A stretch of DNA of 64,000 bases from Eledone cirrhosa (GCA_964016885.1 OZ024747.1:20398001-20462000); one strand, 5' to 3'; counted from the first letter of the stretch, positions 26,490 through 42,376 are shown. A program made the numbers and translations. The notes: generated from the sequence alone by a model not told the origin.

Positions 26490-27108
26490 TTCTCCTTTTG
26501 ATATTCTAAACACTTAGTGATATAGGTTTAAAACCATCATATAATAGACCCCACACCGACCGGTCTGTCTTCCTGTATTCTACCATCTTACATTTTATAC
26601 ACCTCAGTGTCATTCTTCTTTGTTTACATGTTCGACTGTTGTCTATTTTATTCGTTTCTGTTTTGCTATTTCTCTCCTTTCTATATTTTTTCTCTATTGG
26701 CTAATCCCTCCTCCACTGTCCTCTACCTTTTTTGTCAGTTGACACATTTGGGATGATTTCCCATGTTACCTGTATAATTTGCCGAAAGGCATAACTTGTC
26801 CTGTTTTTGTGTTTACATGTTCTGTTACGTCCCAATGTACACGGAAATGTATGGTTTCATCCCTAAAACCGAAACCGTTGTGATTTCTAAAGGTTGACTG
26901 AGTAGATGGAAGTGTCTGTTTTCCGTTATTTTTTTTAATATTTTGAAAAAAAAAAAAAAAAAAAATTATTATATATATATATATGTGTGGCTTGTGTGTG
27001 TATTTGTTATTCTTACATATCAGAAATAGCAATATCCAAATCCAAAACTCTATGTTTGAAAAGCCCATCTCTGCATTTTCCAAATAACTGTCTCCGACTT
27101 TGAAATCT

Positions 27109-27144
<36 letters not shown>

Positions 27145-27145
27145 G

Positions 27146-27266
<121 letters not shown>

Positions 27267-30057
27267 TTGTATATATATATATATATACACGTGTGTGTGC
27301 GTGTGTAGACATATATAACAGGTACACAATTGAAAGAAAATTTGTTGCAAAAAGAAACACCATGTAATCTTGTTAGTGTCTTTTAATGTTTTTTTTTTAC
27401 GAACAGATTTTTGCCTGAATGTGGAACGATAACTGAATTTACCTTATCATCGCATCTACAATGGTTACCAGTCATAATAGATTGAATTGCGTCTTTGAAA
27501 TAAGCAACCAGTATTCTCATAGCTCAATATTATCAATGGGTATATTTATTTTGTTTTCCTTTCACGTCTCTGTTAATTGTATATTGTGATTCAATAGATT
27601 TTTGATTTCGGAGAGAATTCTTTGGGAACCCTAGTTAAGTTGTGTTGTATCCACAAAAAAGAAACCCGATTCATAGCCAGATATTCGCCCACGATTACCC
27701 TGCACTCCTTGACGCAGCATTGTATTGTAATCTCCTTGTAATTGTATACGTATTATGATTATATTTGCTCTTTTGAGCTCGCTGACTGTCACATGAATGA
27801 AACCAATGTACTAGTCTTGTGTCCTTCCTCCCAAATTTGGCTCTGTAAGATTATTACCGCCAAGCCTATTATATCACAGGTAGACCATTGCATTGTTTTA
27901 AACATGTTATGTTTTGTCCTACTTCGCAACAGCTCCAATCTGTAACTCAATTCCTTCTTATATTTTCTATTCTGCTAAAAATGGCTGGCTGTATATTAAC
28001 ATTGTTAGTCTTATACAATTCTCCATAAACAAGTGGTAAGAAACTCCCAGGTGAGCTGAACAGCAGAGGCTCTTCAGAGAAGAAACCCTGCACATGCAAG
28101 TGTTTCGGCCCTTAAGCCGAATAACGCTATAAATCTTTCTTTAGAAAACAGGAGCTGGATACAATTATGTCGCTGACTATATAGTTGTCAATACATGACC
28201 CGTTACGAATGTATGTATTGAACTAGCTAACCTTAACCAAAAATTTATTTTCAAAGAATTTTTACGATATACATTATATTAGTTTAAAACTTTGTCTGTT
28301 TTATTGGTGAAAGAGTATGTCATAAAGATACATACACACCTAATACATCGTTTGAATTATATCTTGTACTTGACTTTAAAAAAAAGCACACTATGATTCT
28401 ATTTGATAGAATTTATTTTCTGTGAAGAGAGACAAACACTAACCACTCTTTATCTACTGATATAATTCCAATGTTGTTTATTGTATTTATATATATTAAA
28501 TTCTTTTCGAAACTAGTATTACTACATTTGTAAGATATGTTAGAGATAAGTAACACAAAGCCAGCAATGTTACAAATGTGAAATAAGGAGATTTTAGTAT
28601 TTTGTTTTGTCCTTCGTCGCTTTAATTTCATATCTGGCCACTGAGTTTTTTTCTTTCATCCGTCCCTATTGACTATAATAATTAGCATTATATATTGCAG
28701 TTATTTATGTCTAGTCTAATTAATTATATTTCTGTATAATAATAATATGTCAATCTGACGAATCTTTATAAATAAATAGTCAATGATGCTTCATCAACTG
28801 GAATGTAATAAAACGAATGTAACTTAACTTGGGAGTGAATTTGTTTACATTCCTTTGATCTATACAAGTAATTATATTCACTACAGTACTTACATCAACA
28901 CTAAATATAGTCAGGCGTTATATTTCTATTCCAATCCAGTGATACTATTTTACCATTCTTTTGATGTACTTACAGAATCTCTTTCAAATTACTCTTTTTA
29001 CAGAAATTAATCGGACTGTATAAGAAATATTACACTGTGGCAAACATTATATCTCAGATTCTAAATATGTTCAAGCAACTCGATCGGCATTGTCGTCTTC
29101 ATTGAAATAGTCATGGAAATTTGTCACAAACTCTGACGATACTAGCTACAATATCATTTTAAAATGTTAATCATATATCATATGATGGAGCCACTACGTC
29201 TCCGCACTAGGGACATGTGGTTAGAATGTCTAAGAAAAGCATCGACGGGCATGCTTATGTGTAATGAATGCCACCATGCTACGAAATATATTAAATTATA
29301 CTTCATAAACACTAAGATCAAAGCAGAAATGAAATATAGAAGCGTTATAGCGGTAGATATATTTAAAATGATTTTGAAAATACGACATTTATATAGATTA
29401 CAATAATGTTCCCGTTTTGATACGGCGAAAGATCCAATGGAATCCAACAATATAATTATATTAAGAATAGCTTAATAAGGGTTCCCCAAAACAAATATTA
29501 TCTTTCAATCAGTATACATCACGGGTACTTCAGTGAAATGTTATTGTGGAGGAAAACACTGGAGCAATTCGTTACAACTCACTTGGTTATTCTGGATAGT
29601 AAATGTCTTTTAATTCAAACCATTATTGTAAATATATAACTCCATTATCATAATGTATTATATTGCTATTAAGATGTGTCGTATATTTGAATATCGGAAT
29701 TGATTCCGTTAGAAATCTTTGTTTATAGAATATTCTCTGTGGGGAAAAACACTGGTGGTATCAACTATTAAAAAGAAATCTAATCCTTTATCTGATGAAT
29801 TTGTGCAATAAGTAGAGTTAATTGTTTGACCTTTCGTGAACACAGATATCAGTGAGTGATCAGTCCTATTGACCTTTCCACAGAGAAACGAATATTCATG
29901 GAAATTAATGTTCAAACAATTGTTAATGTTTTGATTCGTTTTTATATCTTATATTAGATCATCACATCTGTAATCCGTGTAAATCAAACAAATGCCACAC
30001 AGCATAGTTCATTTGTTTTCATGATTTAACAGCATTCAGACAGACCTTCCTTTCAAC

Positions 30058-30115
<58 letters not shown>

Positions 30116-30133
30116 CTATATATAAATATATAT

Positions 30134-30324
<191 letters not shown>

Positions 30325-30380
30325 TTGTAATATAATGAAACGAAATTTCATTTCTCACTCTTAGTACGGCACTTACTTAA

Positions 30381-31114
<734 letters not shown>

Positions 31115-31134
31115 ATATATATATATATATATAT

Positions 31135-31285
31135 AAGAAAGTGTGTTAAGATACCAGGTGGACCAAAGTAACTCGATACTTAGGGTAGTAGAGTTAGTAA
31201 TAGGAAAAGAATCAGGTCTCGGACGTTCGGATCTAGCTGTCGAAACGGCCGGAACTCAGCCGTCGGGGTCCTGACACTTTTCCAA
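31135..31285. mobile_element. Rearranged fragment of the 20298/38870 cassette family
   Basis: accaggtggacc...actcgatactt...gtagagt-agtaata (minus sense) is joined to ggatctagctgtcgaaacggccggaactcagccgtc (plus sense). Lies between (TA)n tracts. Confidence 0.7.
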
Positions 31286-31333
31286 TAAATATATATATAT
31301 ATATATAAACATATATATATATATATATATATG

Positions 31334-31401
<68 letters not shown>

Positions 31402-31406
31402 TATAT

Positions 31407-31727
<321 letters not shown>

Positions 31728-31734
31728 ATGAATG

Positions 31735-31767
<33 letters not shown>

Positions 31768-31929
31768 ATACATACACATATCCAAATACACATATATATA
31801 AATCTACATAATATTAAACAATGAAAGAATAAGACAAGATGAATAAATTAATTCATCCATAGATTTACGATTATTTAAAGAAAGTTTTCTATATACAGAG
31901 CATTCAATGGCAGTTATCTAACTCAATTC

Positions 31930-31930
<1 letters not shown>

Positions 31931-31960
<30 letters not shown>

Positions 31961-32290
31961 CTTCTTCTTCTTCTTCTTCTTCTTCTTCTTCTTTGCCCAA
32001 TTATTCTTGAGACGGTCGTGTGAGAAAAGTCCCCAAACACTCCTTCCAGCGCGTTCTGTCAGAAGCAACCGTCCCCAACTGATTTGGCTAGTTCACCAAG
32101 CGAGTCAATCCAAGTTCATGGATGTTATCTAACCATGTTACTTGGGTATATCCGCTGGGTCTCCAGCCGATTGATTTTACCCGTAAAATCTATCGAGCGA
32201 TCCAGCGATTCTTTCCTGGACATTCTAACCATATGCCATAGTATAGGAGCTATGGTTTCTCAATTCGGAGGCTATGAATAAGAGGACGGA
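31931..32290 (-). mobile_element. RTE-clade LINE 3' fragment with (GAA)n tail
   Basis: Homologous by eye to 60750-61090. (CTT)n on + at 31931-31992. Confidence 0.65.
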
Positions 32291-32477
32291 CAAATTGGAA
32301 GTTGGACCTACGAGAATCGAAATCACGATTCCACCGAATTTATATTCATAGAAATCTGGGACTTGTTTCCTTCTTCATCACTTTCTGCTGCTTAAACCAT
32401 TTTGTTTGTTTTCCCTAGCGTCCCCTTTATTTACGTGTCCCAACGACTTTCTTTTAGCCGTTGCTCGCACCAACCTG

Positions 32478-32539
32478 AGGTATATGGCCTTTAATGCGAC
32501 GAAATGCCTACGACGGTTGGAAGGCCACTGATGAGGACA
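32478..32539 (+). ncRNA. Candidate rearranged (non-circularly permuted) hammerhead ribozyme
   Basis: aggua UA uggccuu uaaugcgac GAAA ugccu acgacgguugg aaggcca CUGAUGA ggaca. Confidence 0.6.
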
Positions 32540-32585
32540 AACTTATTCATATGTAACCCATTTGCAGCGCCGCAGCTCCATTGTT

Positions 32586-32748
<163 letters not shown>

Positions 32749-32787
32749 ATAGAGAGAAAGAGAGGGGGGGAGATAAAGAGAGAGAGA

Positions 32788-32865
<78 letters not shown>

Positions 32866-33079
32866 GGAGATAACAGTATATCGTTCAAGGTAATCCGATA
32901 AGAGTTTGTGAAAACTACTTATGATGGATATTTAAGCGTATGGTGCTGTGTGACTCAATAAGAAGTTTACGTGGGTGACGAGTAAATGACTTCACTTGTT
33001 GTCCTATGTAAGTATATCTTGGAGTAATAAAAAAGTGAAGAATGACATGGTCAACATTATAAACAAGGAGATTTATTTA

Positions 33080-33187
33080 CAGTCTGACAATTGTTTCTAT
33101 GATAGAGTAGTTTAAAAATTGCTAAACACTAAAGATAGTGGCACTCAATTTAAAATACATTGATCCTCCATCATTTCCTCAGAACTG
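33080..33187 (-). ncRNA. Hammerhead ribozyme with extended stem II
   Basis: Minus strand reads caguu CUGAGGA a augauggag...cucuaucau a GAAA caauug UC agacug, then AAUAAA. The cassette lies between (GA)n and (TA)n. Confidence 0.75.
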
Positions 33188-33987
33188 AAATATATATATA
33201 TATATATATATAACCAAAAGTTTAACAACGTTCGTTGATTAATCAATGACTAAAGTTTTACAATAGATTAGAAGCACTCGACCGGTAGGTTTTCTGGAGT
33301 TATTAATATTACTTCAAAATATTAATAAATATAGACATTCATGTGATCAAATATATTATATATATATGTAATTGTGTGTGATGCGCGTGCTGTTGTGTGT
33401 ATATATATATATACGTGTGTGTGTATTTATGTATATACATACATACATACACATACATACATGCATACATACATACAAACATACATACATACATACATAC
33501 ATACATACATACATACATACATACATACATACATACATACATACATACATAGACACATGTGTACATCAATATGTCAAATTCAGATTTCAGTTTTGAAAAC
33601 CTCTATATACCGTGGAAGGAATTTATTACAACTAAGAGAAATGATCTGATGCGTGACTGCGATCAAAGTTTAACGTTTTACAAAGGCAACTCCTTCCTAG
33701 TGCAAATCAAATATAACCTTATAATATCTGACATAGACACAACCCCGCCATAAAACAATGTCAACCACCGAATTTTATTGCACAGATAAGATATACTTTT
33801 ATTTTTATGTCATATCTTAAACTATTTCAATGAAATTTGTTGCGTATCATACCAGTTCTTCTTCCTGTCCTTTTTTTTCTTTTTTTCTTCTTTTTCATCT
33901 TCTTTTTCTTATTCTTCTTCTTCATTTTTTCTTCATTTTCTTTTTCTTCTCTTCCTTCTCTTTTCCTAATTTCTTCTTTTTCTTCTT

Positions 33988-34470
33988 AAGTTAACCTCGG
34001 CTGATTTGAACTCAGAACATAAAGGGCCATAACTCTATGCTGCAAAGCATGGTGTCTAACTCTCTACCGATACTGCCAATGCACCTCATTGTAATAATAA
34101 TAATGGTTTCTGATTTTGGCACAAGCCAAATTTGGTGTGAGAGGAAAGTTGATTTAATTGACCCTGGTGCGTTCCTGGTATTTTATTTTATCGACTCAAT
34201 AACGATGAAAGGCAAAGCAAACCTGGACAGTATTTGAACTCAGAACGTAAAGTACCGTAACTATATGCCGGAAAGCAGAGTGTCCGAGGCTCTACCGATA
34301 CTTCCAAATAACGATTTCTACAATAGGCACAAGCACTGCAATATGTTGGGAAGGGAAAATTGATTAAATCGACCATTACTGGTGCTTTATTTTTGCAACT
34401 CCGTAAGGATAAAAGGCAAAGCTAACCCTGGCGAGATTTGAACTCGGAACGTAAAAGGCCATAACTCTGT
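33988..34470 (-). mobile_element. Three tandem degenerate SINE family A copies
   Basis: Repeated gaaaggcaaag...atttgaactc-gaacgtaaa units. Confidence 0.75.
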
Positions 34471-35055
34471 GAATACTGACAAACAATAATAACAATCATA
34501 ATCTTATTGTCTTTGCTGATGATGATGTTCCTGGTGTTATTTTTGTTGTCACACTGTTGATGTTCTAATCAATTTAATTACACAACCCAGAGGAAAATTT
34601 AATAGCACTGAAATGAATAAAAGCATTTTGTGAAGAATATTTTCTCGGGATTGAGATTATAAAATCCATATTGAATACTGAAATTCAATCTGCTTAAGGA
34701 CGTTGTCACTAATACAGAACGAGGAAGGAATCCTTCAGTGAAGAATGGATGTATTGAATAACATCAACATGAAGAGGGGGAAACTGCTCAAAATGTTTAG
34801 AAGCAAGAATCCCTGTTGAATGTATAAATTGTTTGAACTAGTATGAGAATAGCATGACGTAAGGTTTTATTGAATTTTGAAGATGTTGAGTCTTAAAGTC
34901 AAGGCTTTCTAGATTTAAATTTGGAAACGAAAAATAGTGGGTAGGATTGGTGACAAAGCTCTGAAGAAATCATATTTTGAAGAAAAGAAGTACCATTCAG
35001 TGTTTTGCAAATATTATTATTATTATTATCATTATTTCCATTATTTATTTTTATC

Positions 35056-35452
35056 GGATTGGCAGTATTGGTAGAACATCAGAAGTCAGTATTTGCAACA
35101 TAGCGTTATGGCCCTTTACGTTCTGAGTTCGAATCCCACCGAGGTTAACTTTGCCTTTCGTCCTTACGGGATCGATAAAATATAGTAGCAATCACGCACT
35201 GGGGTCGATTAAATTGACTTTCCCCGCGCCCCAAAAAATTGCTGGCATTGTGCCTATATAAGAAACCATTGGCAGTATCAGTAAAGAGTCGGACACCATG
35301 CTTTGCAGCTTAGAGTTACGGTCCTTTACGCTCCGAGTTCAAATCCCAACGAAGTTAACTTTGCCTTTCATCCTTACGAGGTCGATAAAATAAAGTACCA
35401 GTAATGCACTGGAGTAATTGCTGGCCTTGTGCCAAAAGTAGAAACAATTATT
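35056..35452 (+). mobile_element. Two tandem SINE family A copies (long then short variant)
   Basis: Two B-boxes (gagttcgaatcc, gagttcaaatcc) and two central domains. Confidence 0.85.
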
Positions 35453-36448
35453 ATTTGTATCGCTCATCATTACTGCTTCACCGAGCACAGCTCTGTGCAC
35501 CATGGCTATGAGCAGTGTAGATTTTGATGTTTCTATTGTATTGATATTATTTTTCGTAATATGTGTACAGTGCCTAGTAGTGCTATCATTTGAATACTGT
35601 ATATATTTGTAAGTCCTGGGGTTTTGGCTATGTATTTGTTTGTGTGTGTTTTCATCATTCATAGAGCACATATTATTATAGGTATTGTTTCTGTTTTGTA
35701 AAATGTCCACCAACACTATCATTAGGTCACATCTTCGATTCCATTCCATGGAATCTTTAGCAAATGTCATTTACCATAGCTTTGTGTGTACCCATGTTTT
35801 GTGAGTGAAATTATAATAACTTTGATTTTCAACATTCGAGTTATTGCTACCTCTAGATCTTTATATTTGCAGAGTTTCTCTATTTCCTTAGATAAGTGTA
35901 ATGCAAATATTTCTTATAAATAACAGTATATCATTTATGATCTCAAACCCTCACCATTGTTATAGCTATCATGACCACCCCACCACTAACAGCAACACCA
36001 ATCATTACCCTCACCACCATTAAAATTTCCACCACCGTTTCGACCTCTACAATCATCTTATTTATCAACAACATCGTCATCACCAGCACCACCACCATCA
36101 TCATCATCAATATAATAAGCATCATCATCACCAGCATCACCCACATCATCATCATCATCGTCGTTATCCTCCTCATCATCATCATCACCACCATTATCAT
36201 TATCATAAACATCAACTTCATCATCATTTACCAGAAGTGGCAGATGTCTATATCTATAGAACTGGCAGCTCATAAATGAGTGAAATTGTATGAACGAAGA
36301 CAAAAATCTGACGTTTATTACATCAGAAAACGCTGAATCAAAGAGTGTTATTTATTTTTAGAGAATTATATTTCAAAAACAATGTACTTATATGTATGTA
36401 TATATATATATATATATATATGCAATGTACATATATATACGTAATATG

Positions 36449-36532
<84 letters not shown>

Positions 36533-36552
36533 TATATATATAGATACATATA

Positions 36553-36586
<34 letters not shown>

Positions 36587-36587
36587 C

Positions 36588-36717
<130 letters not shown>

Positions 36718-37527
36718 TTACATGTAAATATATATATATATATATATATATACGTATATATATATATATATATATATACGTATATGTATATATATATATG
36801 TCTTCTGTCAATACTCAATGAGCTTTATAGCCCCTTTATATAGCATTAGAATTTAATGCCGTGATGGTTGCTGTGTTCTTTTGGTTATGGTGATGGTGAC
36901 GATTTTCGGTGTGGTTTCTTAATGGTAGTTGTTTTGATCGATTGTGTTGTTAATGGCAGTACTTTGTGTGGTGTTGGTTAATAGTTGTGATTTTGTGTGG
37001 GTGATAACAATTACGGTGTTATTGGTTTTCCGTTGCCATCGCTAACAAGTGCATCTTAGTACGGCTTTAGTGTTGCTGTTTTTGTGATAATGCTGTTGCA
37101 GTTATTGTTAATTTGTAATAGTTGTTGTTTTGGTGGTGGTGCTGGTGATGATCACACCATAAGCGAATGTTTAAGAGATATGCTTCGCTATCATTAGGTC
37201 ACATCTTCGATTCCATTCTATGGAATCTTGAGCAAGTGTCATTTACCATAGCTTTGTGTGTGCCCATGTTTTTTGAGTGAAATTGGGTAGAGGGGAAAGG
37301 TTTGTTGACACCAATTGTATTGACTGTAATTGTAATTCAAAGAACCAGCTTCGTCACTCACTCTCTCATGCTGAAATACCCGTGTCAGGGGAATGCTTTT
37401 CCTCTTTCGCGTGTGATAATATGTCAGGTATATACGAGAACAGCTTGAAACCCAACATTGGTCATCTACTATATCAAATATTTTAAGACACTCAAATTCT
37501 ACAGGCACAGAAATTATGTCTCACGAA

Positions 37528-37880
37528 ACTGTCCGAGATGCGCACAGAGCGACGAACCGTTTTGAATGCATTCGGTCAGTGTCCGGGCATTGCTCATTTG
37601 TGGAGTTTTGTCGAACATCTTTTGTCACGTGTAGGCCGGATCCGGCTATCTAACCGTTCCATAAAGACCATAAAGACCACCACAGGAAAGGCAGACAGTT
37701 TTCCTTTATCTGGTGGGTGTAGCAAAAGAGACCGTGTAGTGGATGCAACTAAACATCTGAAGACAGACACTTTCTGCTTTGGCCAATCCCCCACCTATTT
37801 TTTCAAGTTCCACCAGGAAAGGAAGGTGAGGATAGAGAAGGAAGTGCTCCATAAGTGAGCAGTCTTCGTTTCTCTTTCTA
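37528..37880 (+). mobile_element. L1/Tx1-like LINE C-terminal zinc-knuckle relic
   Basis: CPRCAQSDE/TVLNAFGQCPGIAHLWSFVEHLLSRVGR (frameshifted) matches the CxxC..ET..H.F..C.....W pattern. Confidence 0.55.
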
Positions 37881-38493
37881 GTAATTTGAGCAATCACATA
37901 GACGGCTCCCTCATTAGCACACACTAATCTTGTGCTGATGTTGATTATATGAAATAAATCCCTAATTTACAAATATCTGGCATTATTTCAATTTAACAAA
38001 TCAACTTCCTATAATTTATTTTCAAAGCAAATACTTAGAGCTGATATATGCTGAGGATATAAGAATCAATAAATATTGAATTATATAGGAAATAACCAAC
38101 TTATATAATTAATTCACACTGCAGACATCATTGGTGGAAATTTGATGATTTACCAAACTGATATTCGTAAATAGGGCACCCTTTCTTCTGGGGGCATCCT
38201 TATACTCATATCAAATTATCTAACATAATGATTATTATTGGAATTTAATTTTCTATTTAATCTATGCATCGATTATTCAGGGAAAATATTTAAAATCTCT
38301 TAGAGGTATTTTCGTAGCAAGTCAACTAACAGATGTATCTCTGTTCTTCTACGATGTTTGGATATTAATTCTTCTATAGAAAACTGATTACTATCTGCCT
38401 ATAAGAAACGTAATAGCATTCTGGCGTGTTAACTGACACATCCTTCTCTACGCATTACGGAAATAAGTGCGCGTGCGCACACACCGACAAACA

Positions 38494-38582
<89 letters not shown>

Positions 38583-38583
<1 letters not shown>

Positions 38584-38705
38584 GTGAAGGCTCGGGACTG
38601 AGTGGTTAGAGAATTAGATTCACAATTGTGAGGTTGTAAGTTCGATTCCTGGACCGAGCGATGCATTATGACCTTGAGCAAGAAACTTTATTTCACGTTG
38701 CTCCT
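38583..38705 (+). mobile_element. tRNA-derived SINE (CORE/V-like central domain), 3'-truncated
   Basis: agtggttaga A-box, agttcgattcc B-box, tgaccttgagcaagaaacttta. Confidence 0.65.
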
Positions 38706-38814
38706 TCTACCAGGAGTTGCGACCGATAGAAAGTATTAACAATTGGAAAGACCAACGGAAACACTGTTTCCTCGGTCCAATTTGACGAAAGTCGGTCGAC
38801 TATATATATATGTA

Positions 38815-38869
<55 letters not shown>

Positions 38870-38874
<5 letters not shown>

Positions 38875-39069
38875 AACCAGTAAGACCCCGACAGCTGAGC
38901 TCAAGCCGTTTCGACGGCTAATTCTGGACGACGGCTAATTCTGGACCGTCGAAACGGCTTGAGCTCAGCTGTCGGGGCCTTACTGGTTCCTATTACCCAC
39001 TCTACTACCTCAAGTATTGAGTACTTTGGTGCGTTATGGTCCACCTGGTTCCTTACCACATTTCCTTCG

Positions 39070-39070
<1 letters not shown>
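38870..39070 (+). mobile_element. Cassette 3' end with inverted duplication (48-bp arms)
   Basis: 38870-38917 is the reverse complement of 38946-38993. The centre holds a direct repeat gacggctaattctggac x2. (TA)n on both sides. Confidence 0.85.
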
Positions 39071-39132
<62 letters not shown>

Positions 39133-39339
39133 GTTGAGTCAAAAGTTGTTTCAGAATTTCACTGAAGATCTTTGACAGCTTTTATCTCCGTCTTATGTCC
39201 TTCATTTTATACAACTTGTTGTCCATCGTTGCTGCGTATTGTATTCATTATTTTTATATATAACATATAAACAATAATGGTTTTCCCTTTAGTTTACGGC
39301 TTTGATAATAAGTGTTGAGACAATTGCAATAGAGTTTGG

Positions 39340-40260
39340 AATAGAGGTTCGGGTCATCCACAAAGAAGTTATGGGTTAGGTTTGTATTCCTGTCCCCCTG
39401 TGAACCAATTACGTATCCTTCATATGTTTCAGATGGAAGGAAAAGGGGTTTAATGACACTATAAATAATAAGACAGTATGGCTATCTCCTTGAAATACAC
39501 CCCTGCGATATTCTCTTGTTATTAGTGTAAATACAAACCCCCTTCTCTGTATTTAACTTTAGGATAGTAGCCCAAGAGGAAGAGAGTTTCTCAATGGTTA
39601 TGATAATAGGGTCAGAAAACCTCTGTCATCCAGGAGTGGGAAACAGAATCGAATGCTGTCCTTTAGTCCAAACTGACTCTATCCATATTCCTCCTCTCTT
39701 GCCGCACCTCTTATATCGTGTTGCTCACCTGCGAGAAAGTCAGTAGCCGACAAATACTCTTCTTGGTGATTTCTTGAAGTTTTCCTACCACAATCTCAAG
39801 AGTATCATCATTGATGCTGTATGTTTTTTGTTGTAATGCAAATGCAATAGTTCGTTTGGATCTCTTTCAGCCACATTGCATCTTGTTTGAATTTATTCTC
39901 CTCATCCCATTATTTTTTTCCTTAGGGAATTTATTCTTTCTGGGATGAGGGTTCGGTGACATTTATTGCTTTACTCCTCATCTTTCTATAACCTGACGTT
40001 TGGCTTCGGTTAAATCTTTTATTAATGTTTTTCGTTCAGCCAACCCCTTCTGGTATCGAAGTTTCTCGTTGACAGCTCTGAATTTGTGTTTGAGAGTGAT
40101 CAAATGTTATTGAAGAGTTCTGGTTTTACTGTCTCCAAATATTATTTCTCTTTTATTGTTCACACTTTGTTGGGGATGTGAATGGTCATTTTTATTTGCA
40201 TAGTCACATATCCTATATTTTTCTGTAGGCTAGCAACCTTTTTTTCTATTTTTGTAATAT
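39340..40260 (-). mobile_element. Highly degenerate Dong/R4-like LINE fragment
   Basis: Minus translation RGVFQGDSHTVLLFIVSLNPFS at about 39440-39507. Upstream segments weakly resemble the pre-RT region. Confidence 0.45.
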
Positions 40261-40885
40261 ATTATAGCATTTCTGTGATGCTTTGTAAGTATGAATGTAT
40301 ATAACTTTTTCATTCTCTCATTCAAAAAAGGGCAGCAATTTGGGAGAACGTCGTATATATTAACCCACGTAATAATCAACTGGTATTTTATGAAAGGATG
40401 ATCTCGATGGTATTTGAACTAAGGACGTATAAAATTGTACATATATACGACAAAGCAGTTTGCCAGAAGCTTAATAGATACTGCCAATACACCGCCTTGG
40501 GTGGATGCAAATAATACATGCATATATTTATGTGATTGAACACCATCGCTTGATAATACGAGAACGTAGCATAACAGTGAATGAGATAGTTATTTCTAAC
40601 AGAAAACACAGTAAAAAGTATTGTTTCTGGGTTTTTTTCAGTTATTCATGTTTATATATGCAATATTTCATATGTTCATATATTTTCATATATAAAGTTT
40701 GGAGTTTCTTCCTATATATCTTAATCCATAATTTCCTATTTTCAATATAGTTTGTCTTTGAATTGCAATTTTTTGTTTTTATTGCAGTGCAGCATTATAT
40801 CATTTTAGAAGTTAGATCTAATATGAGAGAACAACGAATAGACTGAATACAAAAAATTGATGTATATGCACATACATACGCGTTC

Positions 40886-40929
<44 letters not shown>

Positions 40930-40960
40930 GAACACGTATGTATATATATATATATTTATA

Positions 40961-41008
<48 letters not shown>

Positions 41009-41027
41009 AATATACATATATAGATAC

Positions 41028-41264
<237 letters not shown>

Positions 41265-41369
41265 TACGAATATATATATATATAAATATATACGAATGTA
41301 TAAATATATATATATACATATATATGTGTATATATATATAGAGAGAGATAGATAGATAGATAGAAAAAA

Positions 41370-41421
<52 letters not shown>

Positions 41422-41671
41422 TCAGAGAAAGAGAAACAGAGAAACAGACAGTGAGTGTATGTTTGTGTTTTACAGGTGACTGTGCTTGTGTGTCTATGTA
41501 TATACAGCTGCAGATAAAGAAGAAAAAAGTTTCGTGGAAAATGTCTAATTTAAAAAAGTATTGTTACGTTTAATAGAAACTTCTCTGAAGTGAATTATAT
41601 TGCGCATAAAGATGAACAATTAATTTTTAGTATGTGGTGTGATGTCAATGGAGGTATATTACTAATATACT

Positions 41672-41717
<46 letters not shown>

Positions 41718-41811
41718 TATATATCTTTGTATATATGTAAATAGATATATATGTATGTATATATATACATATATGTATATATATACATATGTCTATCTCT
41801 CTCTATCTATC

Positions 41812-41843
<32 letters not shown>

Positions 41844-41861
41844 TATACATATGTATATATT

Positions 41862-41939
<78 letters not shown>

Positions 41940-42023
41940 CATATATGTGTATGTATGTATATATATATATGCATAATATATGTATATGTACATTAAACAC
42001 ATATTTATAGTACACAGACAAAC

Positions 42024-42084
<61 letters not shown>

Positions 42085-42376
42085 TATATATATGTGTGTG
42101 TGTGTGTGTGTATGTGTGTCTTTGTGTATATATAACTGCCTCCTCCGTGTCTGGAACATCTCTTTATTTTACTGCTTTCGGTGAAAGCCAAGCTCTCTAG
42201 TCACCCATACAGTATGCGAACTGCCTAATGATTTTGTAGAACTTTCTGTGGTTTCTTACAAATAATAAATTGAAACGTTCCAATGGTATCATGGAACATT
42301 AAGAGACAATTGCAACATAATTAGAATTTCAAAATTCTTTATATTATAGACAACATGTCTCTTTCTCATTCTCTCT

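Noticed and set aside
27660-28060. Possible piggyBac-like transposase relic on the minus strand
   Set aside because: Only a vague resemblance. No catalytic motif or TTAA-flanked TIR could be identified.
28066-28122. Type II hammerhead-like motif on the minus strand (ggcc GAAA cac...gug CA ggg...ucu CUGAAGA gcc)
   Set aside because: U16.1 is absent and stem I is mostly G-U pairs. Too weak without homologs.
32435-32540. HDV-like ribozyme or C/D snoRNA reading of the UGUCC...CUGAUGA GGACA family
   Set aside because: No conserved P1/P1.1 or L3 can be assigned, and there is no box C/D terminal arrangement. The GAAA-stem III pairing fits a hammerhead better.
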